Shown here in pieces: positions 19,185-28,511 of a DNA stretch of 59,327 nucleotides (positions are counted from its first letter, which is position 1; each line of letters opens with the position of its first letter). This DNA is from a virus (lineage: Duplodnaviria > Caudoviricetes): positions 1-59,327 of IMG/VR virus record IMGVR_UViG_3300027741_000070. One strand, given 5' to 3'. The position numbers were made by a program, and so were the translations under genes. Below the pieces are notes generated by a model, which worked only from the letters and a program-made list of their open reading frames with translations, had not been told where the DNA came from and searched no databases.

Positions 19185-19205
19185 TTAACAAACTACATCA
19201 TTTAA

Positions 19206-19238
19206 ACAAAAAAATAAAGGGGCCGAAGCCCCTTTATT
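19206..19238 (-). terminator. Rho-independent terminator after the major capsid gene
   Basis: 11-bp stem AATAAAGGGGC-TTCG-GCCCCTTTATT followed by a T run on the minus strand. Confidence 0.9.
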
Positions 19239-19248
19239 CTTACAACAA

Positions 19249-20157
19249 TTAAGCGCCTTGCGAACCGAACATACCGAGCGGGTCCGACCAGCCGAACGAA
19301 TAACGCTCGCGGGCCTTGTAACGCACGTTGCCGGTATCAAAGTCACCGTCCATCGAGGTGGACAACGGCATACGTTCAAAATGCTTCATGCCGTTCGGAA
19401 CGTCAGTCGTCAGGAACCAGCCGTTGGTGTCGGTCAGGAAGTGGTTAACGGTGTAACCTTCCGGAATCGCACCATTGTTCTTGATGGCGTTGATGTCGTT
19501 ATCAGCCGTCGAAACACGCAGTTCGGTTTCGAGCAGGCGGGTAGCAACGAACATCAGTGCCGGGGGAACAATCAGCTTACGCGGCTTGGCAGCAATCAGC
19601 AGACCACGTTCGTCGGTCCAACCAGCGATTTGAATCACTGCTGCTTCCAACGAGGTTTCATTCAAGTCAGCTTGAACAGCCGGGGTGTTGCTATTGGTGC
19701 CACCCGAAACCAGCGGGTGAGCGGTGTTAAACAGCGACACGCCATCGCCACCCGGATAAGCCGAGTTGAAGCCATTGTTCAGAACATTGGCAGACTTGAC
19801 TTGCTTGGTGTACGACATGGCACGGGCCAGAGCCTTGGTGTAACGCGACGACAGCGAATCGTAGAGGTTGTCTTCGATTGCTTCTTCGGTCAGCGAGAAG
19901 CCAAGAGCGATGGTTTCGTGGTTATAACGGGTCGTGAATGCTTCTTGACCATTGTCATAACGAATCGAAGTGCCTTCGTTTTTAACCGGAGCAGCCGAGA
20001 AACCCGACAGCTTGGTTTCTTCTTCAAAGCTACGTTCCGAAGTTTCGGTTTCGTAGATTTCCTTATGCTCTTCGCCGTAACGCTTGTACTCCAGACCGAA
20101 CAAAGCGTTCAGGCCCGGCAGCAGTTCTTTCAGTAATTGTGCGCGAGAAATAGCCAT
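19249..20157 (-). CDS. Major capsid protein (Mu gpT-like, HK97 fold)
   Basis: MAISRAQLLKELLPGLNALFGLEY...KPRKLIVPPAL...GDFDTGNVRYKARERYSFGWSDP; strong codon bias; followed by a terminator. Confidence 0.92.
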   Translation of the reverse strand: MAISRAQLLKELLPGLNALFGLEYKRYGEEHKEIYETETSERSFEEETKLSGFSAAPVKNEGTSIRYDNGQEAFTTRYNHETIALGFSLTEEAIEDNLYDSLSSRYTKALARAMSYTKQVKSANVLNNGFNSAYPGGDGVSLFNTAHPLVSGGTNSNTPAVQADLNETSLEAAVIQIAGWTDERGLLIAAKPRKLIVPPALMFVATRLLETELRVSTADNDINAIKNNGAIPEGYTVNHFLTDTNGWFLTTDVPNGMKHFERMPLSTSMDGDFDTGNVRYKARERYSFGWSDPLGMFGSQGA

Positions 20158-20168
20158 GATTTAGCTCC

Positions 20169-21050
20169 TTAGACGCCAGTGGTGTTGAAATAGCTGTGGA
20201 AACTGCCGTTCCAAGCAACCAGAACTTCGGGGTAGCCAACAAACGACAGGACCGAACCAGAAGCCAGAGTAACTGCGGCATCCAAAGTCAACGTGGTAGT
20301 AGAAACGTTGATGACGGTTGCGTACTGACCGGCCAGAGTGCCGGTACCGGTCGGGCAAATCAACTGCATACCCGGAGTCAGACCAGTAACAGCAGCGGTC
20401 AGGGTCACAGTAGCCGACGAACCCGAGGTGCTACCAACGCCACTCAACGTAACGGCGGTTTCCGAAACGACACCAACCATGCGCCACGGCAGAGCCGAGG
20501 TCGCGCGGTCACCAGCACCCGAAGTACCCGAGGTAATCACAGCGCCCGAAACCGATTGGGCCGAATTACCAGTGGTCGTGCTACCGGTAACGCCGCCAGC
20601 GCCACCAACCATGTACACGTTGGAGCCTATGTAGTACGGGTTCAGGTAGCCAACGGTAGTGCTGGTGTTAGCCAGCGAGGTACCTTGGGTCGTAACCACG
20701 GCCTTCATCAGAGCGCGCGGGTCATCAACAACGATAGCTTCGGCGTCATTGGCGGTGGTGCTTGCGGGCCAGTATTGAGCAAACAGCTTTTGGCCGGTGG
20801 TCGGGCTGGTGTACGAACAACCCAAGAAAATACCAATCGTGCCAGCAACAGCGGTGCCCGGCGACGAAGCGGCGGACATCGACGAACGAACGATGGTACC
20901 GCCAGAGATTTGAACTACGTCACCGTAGAACAGGTTTTGGCTGTAAGCGTACTCAATCGGCAGCTTGCGGGTAGCGCCAGCATACGGCAACCCATCAAGG
21001 CGATTGACTGGCTTAAACCCATAGGGGGCAGAAACAGTCGGATATGCCAT
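20169..21050 (-). CDS. Capsid-associated (cement/decoration) protein
   Basis: APYGFKPVN...GIFLGCSY...VDDP; immediately upstream of the MCP with similar codon bias. Confidence 0.7.
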   Translation of the reverse strand: MAYPTVSAPYGFKPVNRLDGLPYAGATRKLPIEYAYSQNLFYGDVVQISGGTIVRSSMSAASSPGTAVAGTIGIFLGCSYTSPTTGQKLFAQYWPASTTANDAEAIVVDDPRALMKAVVTTQGTSLANTSTTVGYLNPYYIGSNVYMVGGAGGVTGSTTTGNSAQSVSGAVITSGTSGAGDRATSALPWRMVGVVSETAVTLSGVGSTSGSSATVTLTAAVTGLTPGMQLICPTGTGTLAGQYATVINVSTTTLTLDAAVTLASGSVLSFVGYPEVLVAWNGSFHSYFNTTGV

Positions 21051-21071
21051 TTTAAACTCCTTGTTTGTTGA

Positions 21072-21476
21072 TTAACTGCGTTCAGAAAACTTGGGCATAC
21101 GCCGGTCGTTTTCACGCATATAACTTTGTTCAACCGATTCCATTTGGTCGCGGTTGATTTGTTGGTAATACGAATTGCGTTGGTCCACCATTTCTGAGGG
21201 CATCTTGCAAAGTGCAAGCCCACCGATTTCGACGTTGCCGCTCGTTTGAGCCAACATCAATTCGGGATGGTCTTCAGCCTTTACCGGCTCCCAGCCTTCA
21301 CGGAAACGCGCACTGACATTTGTCGGGTCAGTATTTCCCATCAAACTGGTGCGAACCCAACGGAACTTATAGCCTTCCTGCGGATTCGGTGTAGGAAGCG
21401 TTGAAGGCGGCGTCCAAGAACGCTTGCGTTCAGTAGTTTCACGGTTGTCCAAACTACGCGGGCGACGATTATCCAT
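21072..21476 (-). CDS. Conserved head-module protein
   Basis: WTPPSTLP...FRWVR...REGWEPV...GGLALCKMP; start adjusted to MDNRRP. Confidence 0.7.
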   Translation of the reverse strand: MDNRRPRSLDNRETTERKRSWTPPSTLPTPNPQEGYKFRWVRTSLMGNTDPTNVSARFREGWEPVKAEDHPELMLAQTSGNVEIGGLALCKMPSEMVDQRNSYYQQINRDQMESVEQSYMRENDRRMPKFSERS

Positions 21477-22377
21477 TACGCTTCTCCAGTTCAATCTTTT
21501 GTTTTGCATAAACTTCTAAGGGCAAGCCAAGCCGTTTGGCAATAGCAACTTCACTAGCCTTAAGCTCAACTCGTTTTGAGGGATTGCTTCGCGTGGCAGG
21601 TGCTACCACCGAAGAGGGGCGCTTCTTTTCCACAGGTTGCTCGGTCTTGCCAAGACGGCTGGGAAAGATGTCACGCAAGCGGGAATCGAGTTCCCGATAA
21701 TAATCATCACCACGCGGGTCGTAACCCGATGCGACCAAATCTTCGTGCAGCCCCAGAGCGGTTCCGGTCATAACCTTGTCTTTCCAAAACCAAGGATTGG
21801 CTTGATGCCACTGCTTGGCTTTGTCATCGACTTGGGGCCGATGTACTTGTTGTTGGGTATTTACATTATATTCTTCTTCTTGTAAAGCATTAATTTGATA
21901 TTCATTTAACTTTGCTCTAGTTAATTGTGCAGAGTTAAATTCTTCTTGAGCCATTACCTCGGCTTCAATATCACCAATTGACTTTGCGTCAATCAGTTTC
22001 TTTTTGGCGACTTCATATTCAATAGCCGCCTTTTGTTTTGCTGCCTCAAGGTAAGCCTCTTCGCCTTGCTTCAACGTGCCCTTAAGCCGTTGATTCTCTT
22101 GCATAATTTGCTGTGCAATGGCAAGTGCTTCTTCGCGCTCACGCATTGCGGTTTCTTTGGCTCGACGTTCATCGTGCCGTGCGTGAGACAGTTCCTTGAT
22201 GCGCTTCTGTACATTTGAACTGTACTGTTCAATTTCATCGTCAGCCGGGTCTTCTACTTCCTTTTCCAACGGCTTTCGGTTTCGGTCTTCTTCGGGCGTG
22301 TCGTCAACGACATCAATTTCAATTTCATCGCCCTCAACTTCAATATCTACTTCCGGGTTTTCGTAATTCTCATCCAT
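21469..22377 (-). CDS. Capsid scaffolding protein
   Basis: Acidic N-terminus, coiled coil, W..ANPWF, and C-terminal AIAKRLGLPLEVYAK; lies between portal and MCP. Confidence 0.75.
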   Translation of the reverse strand: MDENYENPEVDIEVEGDEIEIDVVDDTPEEDRNRKPLEKEVEDPADDEIEQYSSNVQKRIKELSHARHDERRAKETAMREREEALAIAQQIMQENQRLKGTLKQGEEAYLEAAKQKAAIEYEVAKKKLIDAKSIGDIEAEVMAQEEFNSAQLTRAKLNEYQINALQEEEYNVNTQQQVHRPQVDDKAKQWHQANPWFWKDKVMTGTALGLHEDLVASGYDPRGDDYYRELDSRLRDIFPSRLGKTEQPVEKKRPSSVVAPATRSNPSKRVELKASEVAIAKRLGLPLEVYAKQKIELEKRNG

Positions 22378-22386
22378 GATTTTTCC

Positions 22387-22749
22387 TTAAGCGCGCGTAT
22401 AACCACGCGGGTCTTGCACGACTGCTTCAACCGAATCATCATTGATGAGACGGAATTCACGACCGTGGATTTTAAAGCGGGTGCCTGAATATGCGCGGGT
22501 AAGGACAAAATCGCCTTCCTTACAATACGGACCCGTTGGGAAACGGCCTTGGTCCAAATAACAATCCGGACCCATCTTTACAACAAACAACACAACCGAT
22601 GAATGCTCTTCGGTTTTAACTGTGGTGTCTGCTTTAAGAATGCCATTTTGAAACTTGTCTTCTACTTCCGGCAGGGCACAAAGAATCTTGTAACCCATAG
22701 GAGCGGGCAGTTGAGTCGCTTCTTGAACTTCCTGAACTTCGTCAGTCAT
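22387..22749 (-). CDS. groES: Phage-encoded co-chaperonin GroES
   Basis: PMGYKIL...VVKMGP...CKEGDFV...YSGTRFKIHGREFRLINDDSVEAVV Cpn10 signature. Confidence 0.85.
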   Translation of the reverse strand: MTDEVQEVQEATQLPAPMGYKILCALPEVEDKFQNGILKADTTVKTEEHSSVVLFVVKMGPDCYLDQGRFPTGPYCKEGDFVLTRAYSGTRFKIHGREFRLINDDSVEAVVQDPRGYTRA

Positions 22750-22924
22750 TTTTTAACTTCTCCGCGAGGTCTGCGATATGAACCTGTGCAACCTCCAGAC
22801 CCCGAATCAGGCCACACAGATATTTGTAATGCGCGTAATCCTTGCAGTTATCTCTTGCAATGAATTCGTTATATCCCTTTATTTCATCATTTAGCTTTTT
22901 GTTGAGGTACTCTAGTTCGTTCAT
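22742..22924 (-). CDS. Small conserved head-module protein
   Basis: YKYLCGLIRGLE motif typical of the post-portal ORF; start MNELEY. Confidence 0.65.
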   Translation of the reverse strand: MNELEYLNKKLNDEIKGYNEFIARDNCKDYAHYKYLCGLIRGLEVAQVHIADLAEKLKND

Positions 22925-25328
22925 TTGACATCTCCGCTCCAAGTTTTACGCCAGTAAGCAATTCGTTGGAGACGCGATTTGCTTGGGAATCGGCCATTCT
23001 GGCCTTAGCTTGCCGTTCGGCAGTTGTTGCTTGAGTCTGAATGCGCTCGCGTTCAACTTGAGTACGCAGTTCAATCTCTTTTGCCCGCAACGCAATTTCG
23101 GCTTGGTCCTTCTGTGCCTTGCGTTGAATTTCCTGTTGTTTCAATTCAAGCTCCTTCATGGCTTGCTGAACCACGGGGTCTTGCTGCGCTTGCGCGTTTT
23201 GTTGTTGTTGTGCTTCGGCTTGATTGTTTTGCAACAGCTTTTGTGCCGCAGCAGCAATCAGTTGTGAAACTTGGTATTCAACATCTTCCGGAAGTTGTTC
23301 TTCGTCGCCCGGTAGCGGAGCGCCAATTTGTTCTTCGATATGTTGTTTGTAAGCAAAGCCAATATGTTCCGCGATGTGGGCTTGCGCCGCCGTCATCATT
23401 TGTTGGAACAACGGTGACTGACCCGCAACCTGTTGAATCTTCGGGTCTTGCATCATTGCCATGTGAGTCTGGATATGTGCTTCGTGGTCTTGATAAGCAA
23501 ATGCTTTCACGGGCTTTCCAACCATAAGCGCCATATTTTCACTGACCGGGTCTTTGGGTTTGATGTCGTCCGAGGTTGGGACCAGCTTGTCAATGTTCTT
23601 GATATTTAAAGTCTGCAACATCTGACGATGTAGTTCCGGCAGGTCATAAATCTGCGGTGCGCCTTGAGCCAATTGAAGTGCAGCTTGATATTGAACAATC
23701 CTCTGCGACATCGTTGCGGCATTCGGGTCGCTGACAGGGATGATGTCCGTATGGTCGTAGTCAGATTGTTTAACCTGACGCGGCGCATCTTCAACGTCAT
23801 AGTCATATTGCTCAGGGGTAAAGTCGCGGATGATGGAAGCCAAAAGTTTGAACTCTTCCTTCATTGCGTAATGCACGCGCGCCTGAACAGCGCTCATAAC
23901 TTTCAGAGTGCGCTCAAGGATTGCAAGCGTTGTGCCTACAGGCGCCTGTGAACTCATATCAGACACTTTCATGTCAGAGATGGAGGCAAACCTGCGACCT
24001 TCTTCTACAATCGTTTGCAGAAGCACTGACAGCGTCTGAGAGGGTTCCTTGTAAGGCAGCGGCAGGATGTTGTCGCGGATAGACCCGCCCGGTACGTCAA
24101 CGTCACGGAATTCACCCGGAGAGATTGGGGTATCGTCACCAATAATCCGAAGCCCGCGCGCCTTTAGACCTCCGGGAAGATTCGCAAGCGTCCCCGCGTC
24201 AACCAATTGACGAAGCAGAGAGGTAGCACCACGAGCATGACCACCAATAAGGTGAAGCAAACCAAAGCCGTAAAAGCCAAACCCAGTGATATACGGGTAA
24301 TGGACAAAGTGCATACGCGCTTGTTTAAACTCATCATCTTCCTTCCAGTTACGGCGGATGGCTAGGATTTCGTTGTTGCCTTCATTGATTGTTACAACAT
24401 ACGGAAGCGCAATGCCCGTTTCTTCGCCGGAATCGTCTTTATCTTCATAGCCTTCCAAATCAAGGTAGGTGTGGATTTCAAGAAGGCGGTAACGAGTATC
24501 GTTAATGGCATCAATGCCCGTTAGTTCGTTACGTTTCTTTTGAAGATTAGCTACGTCGCGCGGCGGGTCGCCCAAATCAATGTCACGATAGAAACCGGAA
24601 ACTTGCAACTTCCTGATTTCATTCTTGTTTTTACGCATCCGGTGGGTGATGCGTTGCGCTGACTGGAGAGAAGTTTCGCCATAAGACACAACAAGGTCAT
24701 CTGCGGGGATAAAAACAGACACCTGACGGCCAAGGCTGGGGTCGTAGTAGACCTTCTTGAAGGCTGAACCCATCAAAGGCTGCGACCAGTACAGTCTTTC
24801 CTGTTCTGTGCGCCATTCCGGCATTTCATTCATCAGCTTGTAGTTCATGTCGTTTTCGACACGGTCGGCGGCGTCCAGCTTTTCGCGAGTTTCTTTGCCT
24901 AAAACCTTAGTCCGTACTGGACCGCTGGCCGGAACAGTCTCCATAATCATTTCTGCTTGATAACGGACGACAGCTTCGGTCAACATCGGGTGGGTAATCC
25001 CACAGGCGCCTTCCCAAGGTTCCGAACGCTCTTCGACTTTCAATCCAAGTAGGTCCATGCCCTCTTGAATCGTAGTTTCCCAGTCCTTGCGGCTGTTTAA
25101 ATCGTCGGTGTATTCACCAATAAGCTCAGAAGCTAGCGATTCTAGGTAGCCTTCATCAAGAATTTCGGCCAGATTGTCACCAAAATCCGATTCTTCTTCT
25201 TGGTGTTTATCAAAATCAATTGTAACCGGCCCAATAGTCACAGATTCCGGGTCAACAATTTCAATTTCAATTGGTTCTGCCTCAATCTGCTGGTCAAAAA
25301 CCGGAACTTTGTCAACATTCGTAGCCAT
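22887..25328 (-). CDS. Portal protein (P22-like, with C-terminal Gln-rich coiled barrel)
   Basis: 813 aa directly after terL; GSAFKKVYYD, GFGFYGFGL, LRQLVDAGTLANLPGG motifs. Confidence 0.9.
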   Translation of the reverse strand: MATNVDKVPVFDQQIEAEPIEIEIVDPESVTIGPVTIDFDKHQEEESDFGDNLAEILDEGYLESLASELIGEYTDDLNSRKDWETTIQEGMDLLGLKVEERSEPWEGACGITHPMLTEAVVRYQAEMIMETVPASGPVRTKVLGKETREKLDAADRVENDMNYKLMNEMPEWRTEQERLYWSQPLMGSAFKKVYYDPSLGRQVSVFIPADDLVVSYGETSLQSAQRITHRMRKNKNEIRKLQVSGFYRDIDLGDPPRDVANLQKKRNELTGIDAINDTRYRLLEIHTYLDLEGYEDKDDSGEETGIALPYVVTINEGNNEILAIRRNWKEDDEFKQARMHFVHYPYITGFGFYGFGLLHLIGGHARGATSLLRQLVDAGTLANLPGGLKARGLRIIGDDTPISPGEFRDVDVPGGSIRDNILPLPYKEPSQTLSVLLQTIVEEGRRFASISDMKVSDMSSQAPVGTTLAILERTLKVMSAVQARVHYAMKEEFKLLASIIRDFTPEQYDYDVEDAPRQVKQSDYDHTDIIPVSDPNAATMSQRIVQYQAALQLAQGAPQIYDLPELHRQMLQTLNIKNIDKLVPTSDDIKPKDPVSENMALMVGKPVKAFAYQDHEAHIQTHMAMMQDPKIQQVAGQSPLFQQMMTAAQAHIAEHIGFAYKQHIEEQIGAPLPGDEEQLPEDVEYQVSQLIAAAAQKLLQNNQAEAQQQQNAQAQQDPVVQQAMKELELKQQEIQRKAQKDQAEIALRAKEIELRTQVERERIQTQATTAERQAKARMADSQANRVSNELLTGVKLGAEMSNERTRVPQQKAK

Positions 25329-25336
25329 CTTTATCC

Positions 25337-26842
25337 TTAATAGTACCCGCGTTTACGTTTAAATCCGCGAATTGGGTCTGGTTCGTCGGATTCTAACTTG
25401 ATAAACCCACCCTGCCGGAATCTTAATAATGCCTGAGTCGTCGAGTCGGTTAAGTCATCGTGGTCGCCATAGGGAAAAGCGGCCATTTCTTCAATCAATT
25501 CATGCGCCCAGCGTTTATCTGGGCACCATACTTTACCTGAAGCAAACAAATCTGATACAGCATTTAGGCGTACATTTTTATCATTACCGCGAGTCGGTGT
25601 AAATTCCTGAACAGGAATGCCCATTTGACGTAATTCATAAATCAAGGGTGCGCCAGCGGCTTTAGCTTCTACGATAAACGCGTCTGGTTGCCATTCTTGC
25701 CACATTTCGTGGGCGCGTTGTTTAAGCTCTGGAAATTCCATACGCTCTTTGTAGGCATCCAATAAAATAACGTTTGCGTCTTTTTGGTCTTCGTCTTTAT
25801 AGAAGACGCCCCACGTTGTACAGGCTGAATAGTCAGACCGTTCGTTTTTAGTAAAAGCCGTATCCCAAGATTGGATGACAAATTCACAAACCGGAGGATG
25901 GTCTCCCTCCCAAATTTTCCACCATTCGCGTTTAATGATTGCGCCTTCTTCGCCAGACGGTTTTTGTTGATACTGCGCTGACCATTTTGATAGCGGCAGT
26001 TCCGTGCGGAGCGCTTCAAGTTCTTCGATAGACCAGAACTCGGGCCATAAAGGCTTTCCAGATGGAAGAATAGCCGGTAATTCAATGACTTCCCATTCGC
26101 CAATTCGTTCATCCTCAATAGACGATTGAACAACACGACCCGTCAAGTCTTTTAAAGACCAGCGAGTCATAACAATTACAATAGCCCCGCCCGGCTGTAA
26201 GCGTTGTCGTGGACCAGATGTGTACCACTCATACACAGAATCAAAGATGCCGGGGTCAGAAGCGGCTAGTTTGGCTTCTTGTTCAGAATGCGGGTCATCA
26301 ATAATTAGTAGGTCAGCACCTTTACCAGTAACTGCACCCCCCACACCAATTGCAAAGTACTCTCCACTCTCATTAGTAGCCCAGCGACCAGCGGCTTTAG
26401 AGTCATGCCGTAAAGCCACATTAGGAAAAATTCCTTTATAGACTTCTGAATCAACAAGGTTTCTTACCTTTCGCCCAAAGCCAACCGCAAGCTCAGCCGT
26501 ATGCGACGTTTGAATAATTTTCTTTGACGGATAGCGACCAAGAAACCAAGCCGGGAGTAGGTATGAAGCAAACTCCGACTTCGTGTGTCGTGGCGGCATA
26601 TTGATAATAAGTCTCTTAAGCTCACCCTTAGCCACCCTCTCAAATTTCTCTGCCATCAGTTTGTGATGCCTGCCAGAGATAAAACCCGGCCACATCTTGT
26701 AAACAAACTGCATGAAAGAATTTTGACAGCGCTCACGTTCAGCCGCATGGGTGTACTTCTCCAGCATAGCAAACATCTTCTCCTGCTCATCGGGCGGGAG
26801 CAATGAAATGTGGTTAACAATCTCACTAATGTCATCCATCAC
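25337..26842 (-). CDS. terL: Terminase large subunit
   Basis: Walker A-like NMPPRHTKS, Walker B LLIIDDP, VMTRW, and nuclease motifs SWDTAF and HDDLTDSTTQA. Confidence 0.95.
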   Translation of the reverse strand: MMDDISEIVNHISLLPPDEQEKMFAMLEKYTHAAERERCQNSFMQFVYKMWPGFISGRHHKLMAEKFERVAKGELKRLIINMPPRHTKSEFASYLLPAWFLGRYPSKKIIQTSHTAELAVGFGRKVRNLVDSEVYKGIFPNVALRHDSKAAGRWATNESGEYFAIGVGGAVTGKGADLLIIDDPHSEQEAKLAASDPGIFDSVYEWYTSGPRQRLQPGGAIVIVMTRWSLKDLTGRVVQSSIEDERIGEWEVIELPAILPSGKPLWPEFWSIEELEALRTELPLSKWSAQYQQKPSGEEGAIIKREWWKIWEGDHPPVCEFVIQSWDTAFTKNERSDYSACTTWGVFYKDEDQKDANVILLDAYKERMEFPELKQRAHEMWQEWQPDAFIVEAKAAGAPLIYELRQMGIPVQEFTPTRGNDKNVRLNAVSDLFASGKVWCPDKRWAHELIEEMAAFPYGDHDDLTDSTTQALLRFRQGGFIKLESDEPDPIRGFKRKRGYY

Positions 26843-27063
26843 TCAATCTTCCTAAAGTTAATCCCAATAGGTCTAACAGTCCTCTGCTTGCCATCCAACT
26901 TCCTCAGCGCCCCAAGTTTTACCAACCTGTTGATTATTCTATGAATATTGCCTCTTCCCTTAGTGCCAAGCACATACATCACCTCATCAATAGAAGGTGA
27001 GTAGCCAAACTTCTTCCACCACTCGTCAATGACAAGGAAGACTTCTTTCTGACGCGGGGTCAT
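26839..27063 (-). CDS. LexA-type winged-helix DNA-binding protein (no peptidase domain)
   Basis: MTPRQKEVF..I..WW...GYSPSIDEV...NIHRIINRLVKLG resembles the LexA N-terminal domain. Confidence 0.78.
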   Translation of the reverse strand: MTPRQKEVFLVIDEWWKKFGYSPSIDEVMYVLGTKGRGNIHRIINRLVKLGALRKLDGKQRTVRPIGINFRKIE

Positions 27064-27164
27064 ACTTTACTTCTCCAGATATGAAGCAGAAGCACATAAG
27101 GCAACCAGCCATTGCTTTGCCTAAACCTGACAATAAATCTGTGACCAAACAATTTAATAGTCAT
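27060..27164 (-). CDS. Possible 34-aa peptide
   Basis: MTIKLFGHRFIVRFRQSNGWLPYVLLLHIWRSKV; stop overlaps the LexA-like ATG (ATGA). Confidence 0.35.
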   Translation of the reverse strand: MTIKLFGHRFIVRFRQSNGWLPYVLLLHIWRSKV

Positions 27165-27335
27165 CTCAAATCCAAAAAAATATAGCCCCAGCCGTTTTGT
27201 ATGTATAAAACAATGGGGGTGGGTTCTATAGATAAGTCAATGATTGTATTGTGGAAAAAAGAGAACATAGGGTAGGGTTATGAAAATTGATAGATTGTTT
27301 GTGTGGAATGATATGTATACGCGCGCACGGGACTC

Positions 27336-27995
27336 CTACGCTACAGCGCCCTCCCCACCTACGGTGGGGTCATCCATATCATGAATCTGCGCGGCATCTT
27401 CGATGCTCACATGAGATTCTTCAACAGAATCAACGGCTTGGCTTGTTATCTCTGATAACAAACTGTCAGCATCACCATCGGTTTGTTCTGGCTGAATGTC
27501 TATAACATTCAATGACTTAAGTTTATCCAGTATCTGGCTCCTGATTTGTTCACTAGAGTGAACAACAGTCTGTTCTCGGCGCTCTGTAAATGCGGCGACC
27601 TCAGTTACTTTGCCAAGTAACTCCAAGGCTCTGATTCGACTATTCGGCGGATTCTCTTCGTTTGTTGCTTCCATTTGTAATCTTTCGATTACTAATGACC
27701 TGATTTGTTGGGGCGAATGCCACTCCCTAACCTCGTTTAAGGTACTTAAACGGTTGATTTCGCTAGATATTCTTGGGTCTCGCTTAAGCATAGCGGCTTG
27801 GTCTCCTACGCGCTTCGGTGAAGCCGAAGTGTTGTAAGACTGTCTGTACGCCTCAGCAGCCGTGAGACCATTTGCTACTAACCTAGCAAAGCTTTTCTGC
27901 TTTGCAGTTAGTTCCCGCGCGGCAGAACCCAGCAGCAGATTCTCTGCTGGCATTTGCTTCAGTGCTTCGGATATATCTTTTCTCGAAAGTTTCAT
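27336..27995 (-). CDS. terS: Terminase small subunit
   Basis: LTAKQKSFARLVANG..AAEAYRQSY HTH and RIRALELLGK motif; upstream of terL. Confidence 0.85.
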   Translation of the reverse strand: MKLSRKDISEALKQMPAENLLLGSAARELTAKQKSFARLVANGLTAAEAYRQSYNTSASPKRVGDQAAMLKRDPRISSEINRLSTLNEVREWHSPQQIRSLVIERLQMEATNEENPPNSRIRALELLGKVTEVAAFTERREQTVVHSSEQIRSQILDKLKSLNVIDIQPEQTDGDADSLLSEITSQAVDSVEESHVSIEDAAQIHDMDDPTVGGEGAVA

Positions 27996-28284
27996 TTTCT
28001 AATCTGGGGAACATAATGGGAACAAACGATATTGGCGATTATATTCGAGTTTCCCTGTGTGTGCGAGTCAGTGTGTGACCTACGGTTCCTGCGCTGACCG
28101 CTTCGCGTTTCCCCCGCGCTGAATCCTACGGATTCCGAGTTAATCCGTTGATTCCATTATGTTTTTGATTATCTGGCCGATTATCCGTTTGTTACGCCTA
28201 GTGTCTTTGACACTAGATGATTATCTGTTTCCCTGTACATACGCTCGCGCCACTTCGTTGACACGCGCCTACACATCACGCTTA

Positions 28285-28315
28285 AAGACAAATACAGTCT
28301 TTATGTATTTGTCTT
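28285..28315. promoter_or_regulatory. Perfect 12-bp inverted repeat in the divergent control region
   Basis: AAGACAAATACA-N7-TGTATTTGTCTT. Confidence 0.5.
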
Positions 28316-28511
28316 TTCCTGACCGCACATGATGTACGCATCATGATGCTTGTCATGACCTACGCGCATTATGCCTACGCATGAGGCTAAGTCGCTGATT
28401 CCATTGCGTTTTCTCAATCTTTTCGAACTTTTTGAACCGGCGACCGGTCAGAGTCTGCGTCGATTGCGAAATTTTGCTCTCGACTCCGGCCAAGTCTCTC
28501 CGGATGCAAAA

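Noticed and set aside
19258-21071. Two ~290-aa plus-strand ORFs opposite the capsid genes
   Set aside because: Mirror ORFs produced by strong codon bias in the MCP and its neighbour.
26839-27063. Lysogeny repressor or prophage
   Set aside because: Only a DNA-binding domain with no S24 peptidase; no integrase, att site or host genes in the window.
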